64,000 nucleotides of DNA from contig NC_069003.1 in the NCBI RefSeq assembly GCF_001194135.2, positions 33,407,815-33,471,814 on the forward strand, written 5' to 3'. Made by a program: the position numbers and the translations under genes. This document shows, piece after piece, positions 34,228 through 47,700 of the stretch. The stretch comes from Octopus bimaculoides (Eukaryota). The stretch's first letter is position 1, and every line of letters begins with the position of its first letter. Below the pieces are notes generated by a model. It saw only the letters and a program-made list of their open reading frames with translations. It searched no databases and was not told where the DNA came from.

Positions 34228-37200
34228 TGATGCTGTCGTTGCTAAGTGAGAAAGTTAGCAACGCTGATGAAATTACCTCGGAAGCAACTGTTACAATTTT
34301 GCAGCACCAGGCTACAGAAGTGGTGTCAGTGTCTGAGGAATCCCTGGAGAGGATGCAAACTGACTGCGATAAACTCTACAGGAACCACATCTTATCATTA
34401 ATCCAAAGTGAGGAGATTAAAGAGTACAAGTGCAGCAAGTGTGAAAACGTTTTCAACAGCCAGGTGGACCTTGCTAAGCACTTGAGGGCCCACCTTGTCC
34501 CCAACAGCAACCCTCGTGGGGGCAAAACTCGGAGTCGGAAATCTAAGTTCCATTGTTCGGTTTGTAACATTGGTTTTGTGAATCGGAGCAACTACCAACG
34601 ACACATGAAGAAGCACAAAGGCCAGATCCTGCGATGCGTGGAGTGCGGTTACCGTAGTTACCGATTGGATGTCATGTGGAACCATCTCTTCTCGAAACAC
34701 AGTAAGGTGAAATTGCAAGGCTCAAAGGGTAATCTGTTTGAGTATGAGGACCAGACCAGTGACGATTTAGCTAATTCTTTGGACAAAGGCAGTAGTGATG
34801 ACCACGAAAATGACGAAGAAGAGGAAGTTGCTGCTGCTGCTGCTGGATCTAATGATGGCAGCGAGTCGTATAGTGAATTGACAGAAGTGAAAACTCAGAG
34901 CTACAACAGTAATAATAATAATGATGATGATGATGACGATGATAACAATAATAATGATGACAGTAACATTCATGATAATGATGCTGGAAATGACAAAGAT
35001 ACCATTGTTATTTCATCTGAATCTGTTGTAGAAAGCAAAGTAACCGAGGATGCTGATTCTTCGAATAAGGTTGGCATCTGTCAGGCAAATTTCTGTAATT
35101 TTGGAAATTCTACAGAGACTACTAACTTAATTTTAGATAAGAACCTTGCTGAACTTGTCGAGAAAAGTTTGGATGTCGGTAAAGACGAGGATATTGGAAC
35201 TAAGTGTAAGAAACCAGATATCACCAAAATTGCTCTTCTAGAAGCAAAGATATCTCTTGAAGACGGTGACCTTGACTACAAAGATAAGGAAACTTATCAA
35301 CATGTTAGTGAAGTGACTGTATCTGAAGCGTTTGAACGTCTTGACGGTATGTATGTTAAAACTGTCTCTAATGCTGAGTATATCCCTGAAGGCAGTGGTG
35401 AAAATAACAGTAACAACGACAGCAATGAAGAGAATATAGCTACTGGTTCATCTACAGTTCAAGTGGTGCATGTTGAAAATGCTCATGAAAGCATCTCTGA
35501 AATGTATAAGAATATGATAGGAATGTCTCAGTCGCAGGAGGAAAAAATGGCTGATTCTATTAAGTGTGAGAACTACCTTGTAGAGACTGTGAAAGAGCTA
35601 GACATGTCTGCACATAGTGAGGATGATAACAACATTATTATACCGACCATTATAGAAGAGACTGTTGTTTGTGATAAAACTGTCATTGACGTAAATACGG
35701 AGTCAGTTGTTAGCAAAGACTCTGTTGTTGAGGAATCAAATGTTGGTGAGAAATTTGAAGAAGTAGATGTTTCTGTAGTAGAAGAGAATTCTGCAGAAAA
35801 GTGTCTGCAGGAGTCTGTGGTAAATCCAGAGTTTGTGGTAAAGGAAACAGTAAGTACCAGTGAAGAGGTTGAAGAACGTCTGCTGGTTGACAAAGCTGTG
35901 CAGCATTCACCAGTTGAAGAATCAATGCTTGATGGTACCACTGTAGTTACAGATGAGGTGAACACCAAAATAAATGAGAACAGCTTAGTTATGGACAGTC
36001 AGTCATTCGAGATTGTTCAGTTAGATGATAATGTTGTCAGCGTGCTGGCCAAAGAAGAAACAAATAATAGTGACACAAGTTGTGTAACAGCAGCTGAGAC
36101 AGAGACTCAATGCAAGGAGAACATGTCAGAGGATCCTGTTACAATAAAACTGGTTGAAGAAGATGTCAGACAAGATTCTGAGACTAAGAGCACCAGTGCC
36201 GTTGAAGATGGAGATGATGGGAAGTTAGAAAAAGCTGATAGGTCAAGTGAGACAACTGAGAACAAAGTTAACAAATTGGTAGAGTTTGTTGACTATGTTG
36301 TTGCTGATGTTGCTTGGCTGAATAAAGATGATGGTGAAGGTGAGAGTGAAGGGAGTAAAACCCCACCAGAAGAGGTCACAGCAAAGAGTTCAGAGAGTTG
36401 CCAGGCAACAGTTGTCAGTGATGTTACAGATAAGAGTAATGGTGCCGCTGAAGCTAGCACCACAAAAGAAGAGCCACTGAAAAAGACACGTGGACCAGGT
36501 CGGCCTAGGAAGCGCACACGTCAGGCCCTGCATTTGGGGCGAAAACCAAAAGCCAGTTCTGACAGTGACAAATCACAATCAGAATTGTCGACACCCAAGA
36601 AAGTAAAAACCAGTACTAGTCAATCACCTGTCCAAGCTGCCTCGCCTCCCCAAAGCCTGGCACGGGTGTTACCCACACGACGTTTGAAGGGTATTAGAAC
36701 AACTGGTAACAAAGCAATTGATGAAGAAGAGTCAAGTAAAGTAGCAAAACCTGAAAAGCCATTAGAGAAAAAGATTTTGCAAGAAACTGTGAAAGTGCCT
36801 GGTGTAACTCGTCGTCGTGGGCGACCACCGAAAGCATTGCAAACGCAGGCAACTGCCCCGGCCAACACCAGCGCAGCTGTGTCGTTGGGCAGCAGCAAGA
36901 ACACAAGCAACACCACATCAGTTGCCGTCAAAGCCAAAACTTCTCAAGAACAGTCTCCATCGAAAAGCAAAACCTCACAGAAAGCTGACTTGGCGAACAG
37001 CGACAGTGAGAAAACACCTGCAATTGATGATGAAAGCAGCAAGAATTTGGCCAATGAAGACACTGATGATATTTTAGGTGAAGATTCATGTGAAGAAGGA
37101 GAGGTACTAGAGTCTGATTTCAAGGAATCTGATACAGCCAATGAGGATAACCAAGATAGTTCCATTGATTCACTGGAATGCAAAAAGAAATGTAAAATTC

Positions 37201-39590
37201 TTGCCAAAGACAATGGCATAGATATTTTGATTGATAAGACGGATGATGTCATTCTCTATGCCTGCTGCGTCTGTGGCAAAAGATTCACCAACATAAAGTA
37301 CCTGAAACTACATGCACCAGCGCACACTGACCGCTTTCGTTGTGATCTCTGTTGCAAGAGATTTACACGAAAGGAATCTCTGATGAAGCATCGGTGTGAC
37401 AGCAATGCCAACTCGACTGTGCTGCAGACTGGTGACAATGCTGATGATAACATAAGTTTTACACAAGATGATTCTGAGCTCTCCACTTCACAGCTGGAAC
37501 CTGGAGAAAAGCCTACCACTGTACCAGCTGATCAATGGAAATGTGACCGATGCAAAAGGAAGTTTTCACAACGCCACCTACTGGCTAGCCATGTGTGTAG
37601 TAGCAGCAAAGGGGAGGAAAATGAGAATACTCTACACCAGTGTGATATCTGTGAACAAAGTTTCCGCACTGTGAAATATCTTTTCCGCCATTTAGCGATG
37701 CATACAGATATTTTCAAGTGTGAGCAATGTGGCCGCTGCTTCTCACGCAAGGATTCTATGCAGAAACACATCCTGCGTTGTGACCCAGCAAGGGCTACTG
37801 CAGAAAACATTCATTCCTGCCACAACTGTGGTCGCACTTTCTCAACAAAACTTGGCCTTGAAAATCACCTGCTTCGCTGTTTCTCGTTGCATTGCTTCAA
37901 ATGTCGACGGTCATTTGCTGTTGAGGAGGCTTTGAAAGAACACGAATGCACGCCTTTGGCCGAGGAATCCTCGAAAGAGAACGACAACAAGCTTATGTGT
38001 CGAGTGTGTAAAAAGGCATTTTCCAACTTGCAACATCTGAACAATCACGAGGCCACACACACGACAACCTATGAATGTGACATCTGTCTGAAAGGATTCA
38101 ATAGGAATGAAGAGTTAAACTGGCACAAGAGGCTGTGTATGAGCCAAGCAATCATTAAACGTGAAGGCTTTGTTGCATGTCCCCAGTGTGAAATTAAATT
38201 CACTGATGCTAAAGAGTACCGAGATCATTTCCAGAAGCATACGCATCCGTTTGATTGTTCACGTTGTGGTAAAAGGTTCGTCAAACGAGGAAGCCTGCAG
38301 ACCCATTCTTGCCACAAGTTGTTAGATGGAGATGAGGCTCGTTGTGAGATTTGTCTCAAGACATTTCGCTCAGACAAATACCTCAGTCGGCACCAAATCA
38401 TCCACGGTGAACCTCAGTTTAAGTGTGAGGTGTGCAACAAGATGTTCTATCGCAAAGACTACCTCAATGACCACAGCTGTCGTCTGCCTGACGGTACATT
38501 GGTACGTGTTGTTCGACGCCACAACCAGGTCTACATCCACGACAATCTTATCTGCCACCTGTGTGGCAAGTCTTTTGTCACCGTCAGCAACCTGAACAAA
38601 CACCTGAAGTGCCATGGGGAGAAGACGTGTGAGTGCGACATCTGTGGAAAACGTTTCCATTACATCACCTACCTGAAAGAGCACAAGGCCTCTGTGCATG
38701 AGAACAAGTACCAGCACCAGTGTGCCGAGTGTGGTAAAATAGTGAAGACCAAGACCAGCCTGGTGTCACACATGAGGCAGTTTCATTCAGATGCACCACC
38801 GAAGTACATATGCAAGACATGTGGCAAGGAATTCCGCCAGAAGGGCAACATGAAAACACACATGTTCTCACACTCACAGGAGAAACACTTTGTCTGTTCG
38901 TATTGCGACAAGAAGTTCAAGTATCCAGATCAATTGAATCGACACCGACTTGAGCACACCATGACCAACAAGCTGATGTGTGAGTACTGCGGAAAGAAGT
39001 TTGTCAAGAGCTACGAATTGCGAAAGCATACGCAGATTTTTCACAGTGGCTTGATGTACGTCTGTGATTGCTGCAATGCCAAATGCGGACACCGCCATAC
39101 GCTGATCCGGCACTACCGGAAGAAACATCCCGAACGACTGCACAAACTAAAGGAACTGAACTTTCTGGGTAACCTCCGCAAACAGGTCGATCGCTCACAG
39201 AAGAACAGCATGAAAAATGAATCGAACCTCACGGTGAAGAGCACCGACATCAGCAATGAAGAGGACAATAATGACAACAGCGACAACGGGAATAAAGAAG
39301 AGGAGACCATCATCACCCTCGGAGCTGATACAAGCATTGCTGTAGCCACCACTGATGGGGTTCTGCCAAGAATAGCTGCCGAAGCTCTTCACAGTTTGTC
39401 CAATGCTGTCTTCACTGGACAAGGAGACAGTATCCGGGTGCCTGAAATACATCCAACTGTTGTCGAAGAAGATGGCCATACAGTTGTCATACTACAGTTT
39501 GTGAACCAGACAGAAGAGGGCGAAGAGGAGACAGTGATATGTGGACAGGAAGTTGAAACTGCAGTTGCAGAGGCCAGCAAGATCATTTGA
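34228..39590 (+). CDS. PRDM-family gene, 5363-nt terminal coding exon: 3 + 20 zinc fingers, acidic spacer, two AT-hook-like motifs
   Basis: Long polyT acceptor tttcag|TG ATG, then an uninterrupted ORF to TGA at 39588-39590. The five exons sum to 6060 nt (2019 aa plus stop) with consistent phases. Confidence 0.93.
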
Positions 39591-40003
39591 GGGACTGGTT
39601 ACGTCAGTTGTATATGTGTTTCACTGGATAACCACGAGTGTATATATGCCAGTAATTGCGTATCATTGCATGAGTGTGCGTGCGTTTTTTTTTTTGTTTG
39701 TTTTGTTTTTTCTTCAGTTGTTGTGTAATTCTGTTTGTGTTTAAGCGTGTGCATAATTGTGCATACATTCATGTGAGAGAGACAAACAGACACTAAAAGA
39801 GAGCTGCTGTGTAATTGTGTATGCTAATGAATATGCAAATGATGTTTGCAGATGCATATCTGTGTGTGTGTGTGTGTGAGCTAGCACGTAAGAGTGTGTA
39901 TTGCATGATCTTGTCTTCTAGGTGTTTGTATTTTAGCGGCAGTGTGCAGCAGATGTGTTACATTACTACATGTTCATGCACTCTGGGCTGTGGCTCAGAG
40001 GCA

Positions 40004-40037
<34 letters not shown>

Positions 40038-40053
<16 letters not shown>

Positions 40054-40179
40054 TATANNNNNNNNNNNNNNNNNNNNNNNNNNNNNNNNNNNNNNNNNNN
40101 NNNNNNNNNNNNNNNNNNNNNNNNNNNNNNNNNNNNNNNNNNNNNNNNNNNNNNNNNNNNNNNNNNNNNNNNNNNNNNN
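40038..40179. other. Assembly gap (largest of six N runs: 21766-21775, 25816-25916, 33276-33293, 40038-40179, 61740-61749, 62516-62525)
   Basis: Runs of n, mostly flanked by microsatellites. Confidence 0.95.
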
Positions 40180-40218
<39 letters not shown>

Positions 40219-40256
40219 GACATATTTATGACATAAATATATATATACACATAAAG

Positions 40257-40289
<33 letters not shown>

Positions 40290-42442
40290 CGTGAACAACC
40301 TTCAATATGCCTTCAATTCTCATGCGATGATTGCTTCCTTTGACTTGAACAATGAAATGGCCATCACAGCATCCCATTCCTTGATTCTTTGAGGAAGCCA
40401 AAGCTTTAATGCCTTCGAAGGAAAAAACAAAATGCAAAACAAAAACATTTCTTTCCTCACACTCCAGATCCAGTCTCCAAACATACTATAAACCTCCCTC
40501 CTCACATCTTGATTGTGTGTGTATGTGTATGTTTGTAATTCATTACATAAGCAACTGTATTTAAATTTTTATCATTTTTATTTTAAATTTTTCATATTTT
40601 TGTTTTCTATATTGTTTTTTCTTTACAATGGAGTTTGGAACAATAAAATTTCTAAATTCATATTCGACATTTCCAGAACTTCACAATCTTGTTTCCAAGA
40701 ATTAAATGAGTTTGACAGCTCCATTGTGAAGGTCTGAGAACATTGACTATAAATCTAGGAATAGAATTGTTCCAAACTAACTGTGAAAAAAAAAAAAAAG
40801 GGTTGGGTGGGGTGGAAACTTATGAAATACCAAAAAATCTAAAAGAAAATGGATAAGACATTGTTGCGCATTTAATGAAACTTGTTTGAACAAAAAGCCG
40901 TTTCCCATATAAATATATATATATGTGCATTATGTATGTATATATACAGACACATCATGTATATTGATTATATATTATATATGTATATTATATAACATAT
41001 ATATATATATATACAATATATATAATGTATGTATTATATATACACACAATATATATAATGTATGTATTATATATATATATATTGTGCATATATATATATA
41101 ATATATATTGCGTATATATATATTTATAATACATATATATTGTATATATATATTTATAATACATATATATATTGTATATATATATATTTATAATACATAT
41201 ATATATTGTATATATTTATATATAATACATATATATGCTATATATATTCCATTCATGTATGTATGTTGTTATAAAGATTGTATTATCTATGAATCTCTCT
41301 CTCATTTTTATAATATTGCTCATAGTGTATGTAGCTGTGCATTTGAAAATATTATTTTTCATATGTTCTGTATAAACTATATACATATATATATATAGAT
41401 CATCGTTGTTGTTGTTGTTGTTTAATCTTCATTGATCATTTGGATTTTCAATTTCAGCCGAATTGTTGTCCAGCCTCAGATCGGTCTCGATCACGTAGGC
41501 TTAGGATTTAAAAACGTTCTAGTGATGGTGAAGTGTCTCTCTCTCTCTCATGTGGACATTGTCTACCGATGGCTACTGTATGCAGCATGATGGATGTGAA
41601 CTATTTCTGCTGATGAACTTATCAAGGCTGTAGTGAATATCACTCGATGCTGAGCAAGTCAACAGACGACAAGCTGTCCAACTGCCAGGGTAAACCAGTT
41701 TAGGTAGTGAACGACTGCAATCAGTTGTAATTGTAACACACCTCGTTCATTCGTGCCCTTTTTTAGCCTAGCCAGGCTCATGGGTCCGGTTTCCCGGTTT
41801 CTATGGCGTATGTGTTCCCCAACAGGACGGGACGCCAGTCCATTACAGCGTTACTCAAGAAACAGGAAGAAAGAGTAAGAGAAAGTTGGGGCGAAAGAGT
41901 ACAACAGGGGTCGCCACCACCTCCTGCCAGAGCCTCGAGGAGCTTTAGGTGTTTTCGCTCAATAAACACACACAACACCTAGTCTGGGAATCGAAACTGC
42001 GGTCCACTGACCTCGAGTCCGCTGGGCCATTGCATCTCCACTAGTTGTAACGTATGCAGATGAGATATTTCAGTTAGCAAAAGACCAATATATCTTATTG
42101 GGTCAAAGCCACCCGATTCAGAAGATAATGTGGAACGAGAATATTAAAATAAACCAGTGGAAGAGGATTTCTAATTTGAAATGGTCCTGTTCGGTGGAGG
42201 TGGAGAGGTGTAAAAAAAAATCGATAGCTCATCAATCGATGTAGTTTTGATAGTTATGTAAGAACAAAGTTATCGCCCTTAGACTTCTTTGCTTGGTACA
42301 ACTAAAAACGACCACAATTCTTTTATCTTTTATTCGTGTTAGTCATTGGACTGCAGATTGCAGGGTTACCACATTGAAAAGTCTAGTCAAACATACCAAC
42401 CCCAGTACTTATTTTTAAAAGCTTGTACTTAATATATTTCCC

Positions 42443-43008
42443 GGATCTATTTTAAAACGGGGGCCACATTTTTCATTAATGTTTTACGTAGTGTTTTTGG
42501 TACGGAAAGACTTTCAAACTTCGTATACTTATCTATTTTGTGTTATAGAACAGAAAAATATTTTTGTATTCGAATTTATTTCATGTAAAATATTGTCTTA
42601 TTTCGATAATTTCAACCAATCACTGACAAGTATTCAGTTGTTTATATTTACTCCTTTGGCTGATTAAGCGATGTAAAGCGTATTTAATCTCCATACCTTC
42701 GTTTTATTTGCTTTTTTCATTTTAAATTTGCTTTAACCTTAACCCTAACCCTACGGCTAGGGTTAGGGTTAATTGTTTCAGAATCGTTTGTTTATGTAGT
42801 CGGCACTTAATGTATATCGGCTGAATGGACGTCAGTGATTGGTTGAAATTACAGAAATACGACAACTTTAACATGGAATAAGTTATGGATTTCTTTTTTT
42901 TTTAAGAAGACTAAGAGAAAAAGATGTTTTATGACACATTCTACCAGTGTTCCAAGTTTCAAAGTGTTTCGTTAATGAAAAATGTGGCCCCCGTTTTAAA
43001 AAAGATCC
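42443..43008. mobile_element. Fold-back DNA element with GG...CC ends, 8-bp TSD and a central telomere-repeat hairpin
   Basis: TIR GGATCTATTTTAAAACGGGGGCCACATTTTTCATTAA with its reverse complement at the right end, TSD TATTTCCC at 42435-42442 and 43009-43016, and internal inverted arms. Confidence 0.9.
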
Positions 43009-43296
43009 TATTTCCCTCCTTTTGCAGCACCTTTGAGATTAAGGAACGTAGACTCACACACACAATACAGACTTGGCCAAAAGTCACCCGACAATAAATA
43101 AAAATTCCATAAATACTTAATATTCAATTCTATTTATTCATCTGGAAAAATGTGTCGCTCAGGAAGGGCTTCAGTTTGAACAATTTTCATGATGTTTCAT
43201 ATTTAGGCGCTTTTATCAAATTCATTCAGTTGTTAAAGACATAAATAAATCTTGGAATTAAATGGTCTTGATTTACTGTCAGGTGACTTTTGGCCA

Positions 43297-43331
<35 letters not shown>

Positions 43332-44689
43332 GTCCCTTGCCATATCGTGGTTTATTATTTAAGCTCATACTGATTCCTCTGTGGTGTTGTTTTGCATTTA
43401 TAATAAAATAAATATATACAAATTATAAAAATAATAAAAACAAATATACAGTATATATAGGTGCAGGAGTGGCTGTGTGGTAAGTAGCTTGCTTACCAAC
43501 CAGATGGTTCTGGGTTCAGTCTCACTGCGTGGCACCTTGGGCAAGTGTCTTCTACTATAGCCTCGGGCCGACCAAAACCTTGTGAGTGGATTTCAGTCAT
43601 TTGACTGTGGCCATGTTGGAGCACCGCCTTTAGTTGAACTAATTGACCCCAACACTTATTCTTTGTAAGCTTGGTACTTATTCTATCGGTCTTTTTTGCT
43701 GAACAGCTAAGTTAGGGGAACGTAAATACACCAACATTGGTTGTCAAGTGATGATGGTAGGACAAACATAGACACACACACATAAATATATACACGACGG
43801 GCTTCTTTCAGTTTTCATCTATTAAATCCACTCACAAGGCTTTGGTTGTGCTGAGGTTATAGTAGAAGACACTTGCCCAAGGTGCCACACGGTGGGACTG
43901 AACCCAGAACTATGTGATTGGGAAGCAAGCTTTTTACCACACAGCCACTTCATCTTCACAAACAACAACAACAACAAAATAACAATTGTAATAACGTGGA
44001 GTTTCTCATTCTAAACGTTAATTATAGGTTTAGCAGCCAACTGTGGAAGTGTCTCAATAATAATTGTAAGGGAAATGACATGGAAACACAATAGAAGATC
44101 CCTCCCACCATCGTGACCACCACTCCTAAGGCTGGGGAGGATTAATAAACAATTGAAACATATTGGAATGTAGCAAAGAAGGAAGTAGACCCTATGGCAA
44201 CTTCTTTCTTAACCTTTTTAGTTGGAAATGGATAGAAACATAAGTGATAGAGAGAGGGAGAGAGATCAACAGACAGAGTAGAGTAATTTACACACACAAA
44301 CTGTACACACAGAAGTGGCAAGATTTAGTTACCAGTTCAAGGTAAAGGAGAAGAACAGCCAACATTGGCAGCAAACAGAATGGTTTTCCATAACAACTTA
44401 AGAGTTTTGTTAATGTTTTCAACATTTCCATGGCTTTGGCAGTTGTACTGAAGGCATTGCAATCCACATTCCTCTGGAAGGTGTGGGTGGGGATGTTTGT
44501 TAAATCGTACTCATTGACTCCATTAACTTGGAGTGGCTAAAATCTAATGGTGTTCAGATTGCAGATGCAGGTAATATATATATGTGTGTGTGTTTATATA
44601 TATCTATAACCCTCTCTCTCACATATATAAATTATCATCATTTTACATGTATATATGTGTATGTATATTCGTATATGTATGAGTGTGTG

Positions 44690-44757
<68 letters not shown>

Positions 44758-47700
44758 TGCACACATAATACACTTGTGTACAGATGCACATATGTGGATT
44801 ATACAGGTGTGTGGCCACCCCTACTAGCTGCGACCCTATAGGGGCTTATACAGCAGATCCAAAAGTGCCATCGCCACAAAAGCGTTGCTGGTGATTATTG
44901 TCCCCCATTTGTTATGCTACTAGGAGAAACACCACCAGTAATATAGGTGCAGTTGAAGAGCAACTGTCACATTCCAGCTGAGTCCACCTTGCCCACCTCT
45001 GCTGTGGCTAATGCTAGAATATAATAAAATGGACAGGATAGTGTTGTCAGAGCAATATGTCTGGACTGTCGTACTGAAGCCAACATTATTCATCATTGCA
45101 TATCAGAGTGTGCAAGATGATCCTCTCTTAGACAGACATGACATGGTGTATCAAGGAAGATGAATTCAGGTGACACACTTTTTTGTTTGACCAATTACCT
45201 GGGGTCACACATCACCACCACCACGACCACCACCAACATCATCTTTACTGTGCCCTCTTCTTCTGTAGAGAATGATATCGTTATGGTTGCAATGCCTTTG
45301 ATCAGAGATCAACTTGATTGAGGTTCGTCTGGGGTGATGCAAAAACAACAACAACCCCAGGAACATACAAGTTGATTTTAACGAAGAAATACCCAGTTTT
45401 TAATTAGGAAAGTTATTCTTAGTACAAAAGGAGTGAATACTATGTTGGGTGCATCCACGACTTTGTTGAGAACATAAAATGATTTACACCGAGTGATTCT
45501 CAACCAGTTTTCACTTACAAACCCCTTTAATTCCAGTTTTATTTAGGTGACTCTTATAATTCAATGTTTTAAAAATACCTGTTATATTTTTATGATTAAA
45601 TATTATTGGGAATTGTATCGAAATACTGTTAAAAATAGTTTGTGTATCTTAATGGACCCTCCCCCGCCTAAGGGTCATGTAAACCCCAATCGGGAATCAC
45701 CGGTTTATACTGAAAGACTGGGTATAGAAATCGAGACGTCAGGGGTAGCAGATTGTAGAGAGAGGGTACTCAACCACAACTCTTTTGTTCAATTATACCA
45801 ACAAAGAAAAGGGTGGGAGATTGTTGGAGGAAGGAAGACAGGATGTGGCGGTAGAGGAAGAAAAGGAGAGAAACGGAGAAAAGAAAAAGAAAACAGGTGG
45901 AGGAAGAAAAGGGTAAAGTTTGACGAAACTTGAGGAAAACATTCTTTCTCATTCCTCCTCCTCCCCGCTACGGCTCCCCCCACTTCTTCTGCTCCTTCTA
46001 ATTCTCACAACATATGTACGCGTTTATTTATTACTCCTACCTATTGCTATCAATACCACACCTCCTCCAACTCACGGCACCCGTGGGTAATGTCTACCCA
46101 ATAGATCTAACGATGAAAGTGGTTTCCACTCGTGACCACCACTCTGTCGTAATCTTCTTATCTATAGCCACGGTATAAAATATTATTCCTTCTTAAGATA
46201 GTAAAGGTGTAATTTGAAGATTTGGCTGCTGTATGTTGCAGGTCAAAAGTGGAGGTACTCGCGGTTAGGTCAGTAGCTGCCACTTCTACTAACTGCAACA
46301 TTCCCAACACCACCTCCGTCGTCATCACTCCCTATTTCAATCTGACGAGGGACGGTTTTTCCATGTCGCTCGACCTGCTAGAAGTAATAGTCAAATTCTT
46401 ACAAAACAACAACAGACGCCTAAAATAACAAAAAAAAAACCGAAGGATTCTACAGCAGAGGATAACAAGGTCCTAAAACTTTCACAACCAAGAATGATAC
46501 AAAAAGCCAAATAACCACTACTACTAATACCATTCCCCACTACTTCTACATTAAGCACTACTCTTCCTTACACTCACAGTAGTCGGTCTCCTCCTACTAT
46601 TCCACCACCACGTTATTCTTATTATTACCCCTCCACTATCGCCCACCACAGTAAGTACTTCTCCCACTACTCTTACTTTTACTCCACCCCAAGAAGTACC
46701 GCACTCGTTACTGCTACCTTGAAAGAAATGTAACAGCACCGCTCTCCTACCGCTACTCCTGCTCTTATTACTACTCTTACCTCTACCTTCGGCATTGTAC
46801 CCCACTTCCTCAATGCTGAACAAATAACACCAGTTACATTACGTCTCCTCTTCCTCTTCCCTTACTCCGTCTATATTACCTTCTATCACACACACACACT
46901 ACCATCATCATCATCATCATCACCATCACCATCAGCAATAGTACTGCCGTTTCTTTTACAACGTACTCCTCCTCCTACAACTAACGTCGATAGTCGTACC
47001 TCAAGGTAGCGGGTTGCTAATGACAGGGTAATAGTAAGAGTAGAAGTCACAAAAGAGGTAAGGTATCAATACCGCCGCCACCCTCATCATCATCATCATC
47101 ATCACCACCATCAAAAAACAAACAAATCAATCAAAGCTGAGTCGAAATCGAGGCTGGTTCTGCTCAGTTGTTGATATAGAAGTGCGAAGGTGCATCACAT
47201 AACGACGCATTGGTGGATGGTACAGGTGCAGCTGCAATAAACAAGTGCTCCAACAGCAACAACAACTTTATGTATGTGTAGGTCTGTATGAAGTTTCTAC
47301 ATCTTTACTAATGCGTTTGTTTGTCTTTTAAATGTCTTTGTGCAACACTTTGTGTGCAGTGTGTGTCTTTTTCATTCACAAGAACGACAACAACAACAAC
47401 GGGAACTGACCCTCGTGGTCCGTCGATCTGAAATAGTAGCCAGATCTCCCTCAAATCAAACCTGATTGCTTTTTAAATGAGACAACGGCATATCTGATGT
47501 TGTAGTCTTTAAAAAGACGCGATGGACACGGCTGGACTGTCTTTAATTCCAAGCTACGAAGCTAAACAACCACGATATCTGTCATTTCGATAGTCCTCTT
47601 TCACATCATGTTTGTTATTTTTATCATTGTCCTCCAACTTCGTCGCATTTCCGTTTTTTGGTTGAAGATTCGACACACTTCACTGGAAAAGAAAAACATT

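Noticed and set aside
39815-40437. Several overlapping ORFs of 90-160 aa
   Set aside because: They are translations of (TA)n/(CA)n microsatellites and an N gap in the PRDM 3' region.
45706-47070. Segment whose plain complement (unreversed) reads like GAN-rich acidic codons, suggesting a mirror-image or reversed insert
   Set aside because: The complement and reverse readings I translated contain stops, I found no known repeat in mirrored form, and a hand count over 240 bp gave only a slight TA>AT excess with CG about equal to GC. Degenerate CTA/CTC/CAC triplet decay explains it equally well. A full dinucleotide and reversed-sequence BLAST test would settle it.
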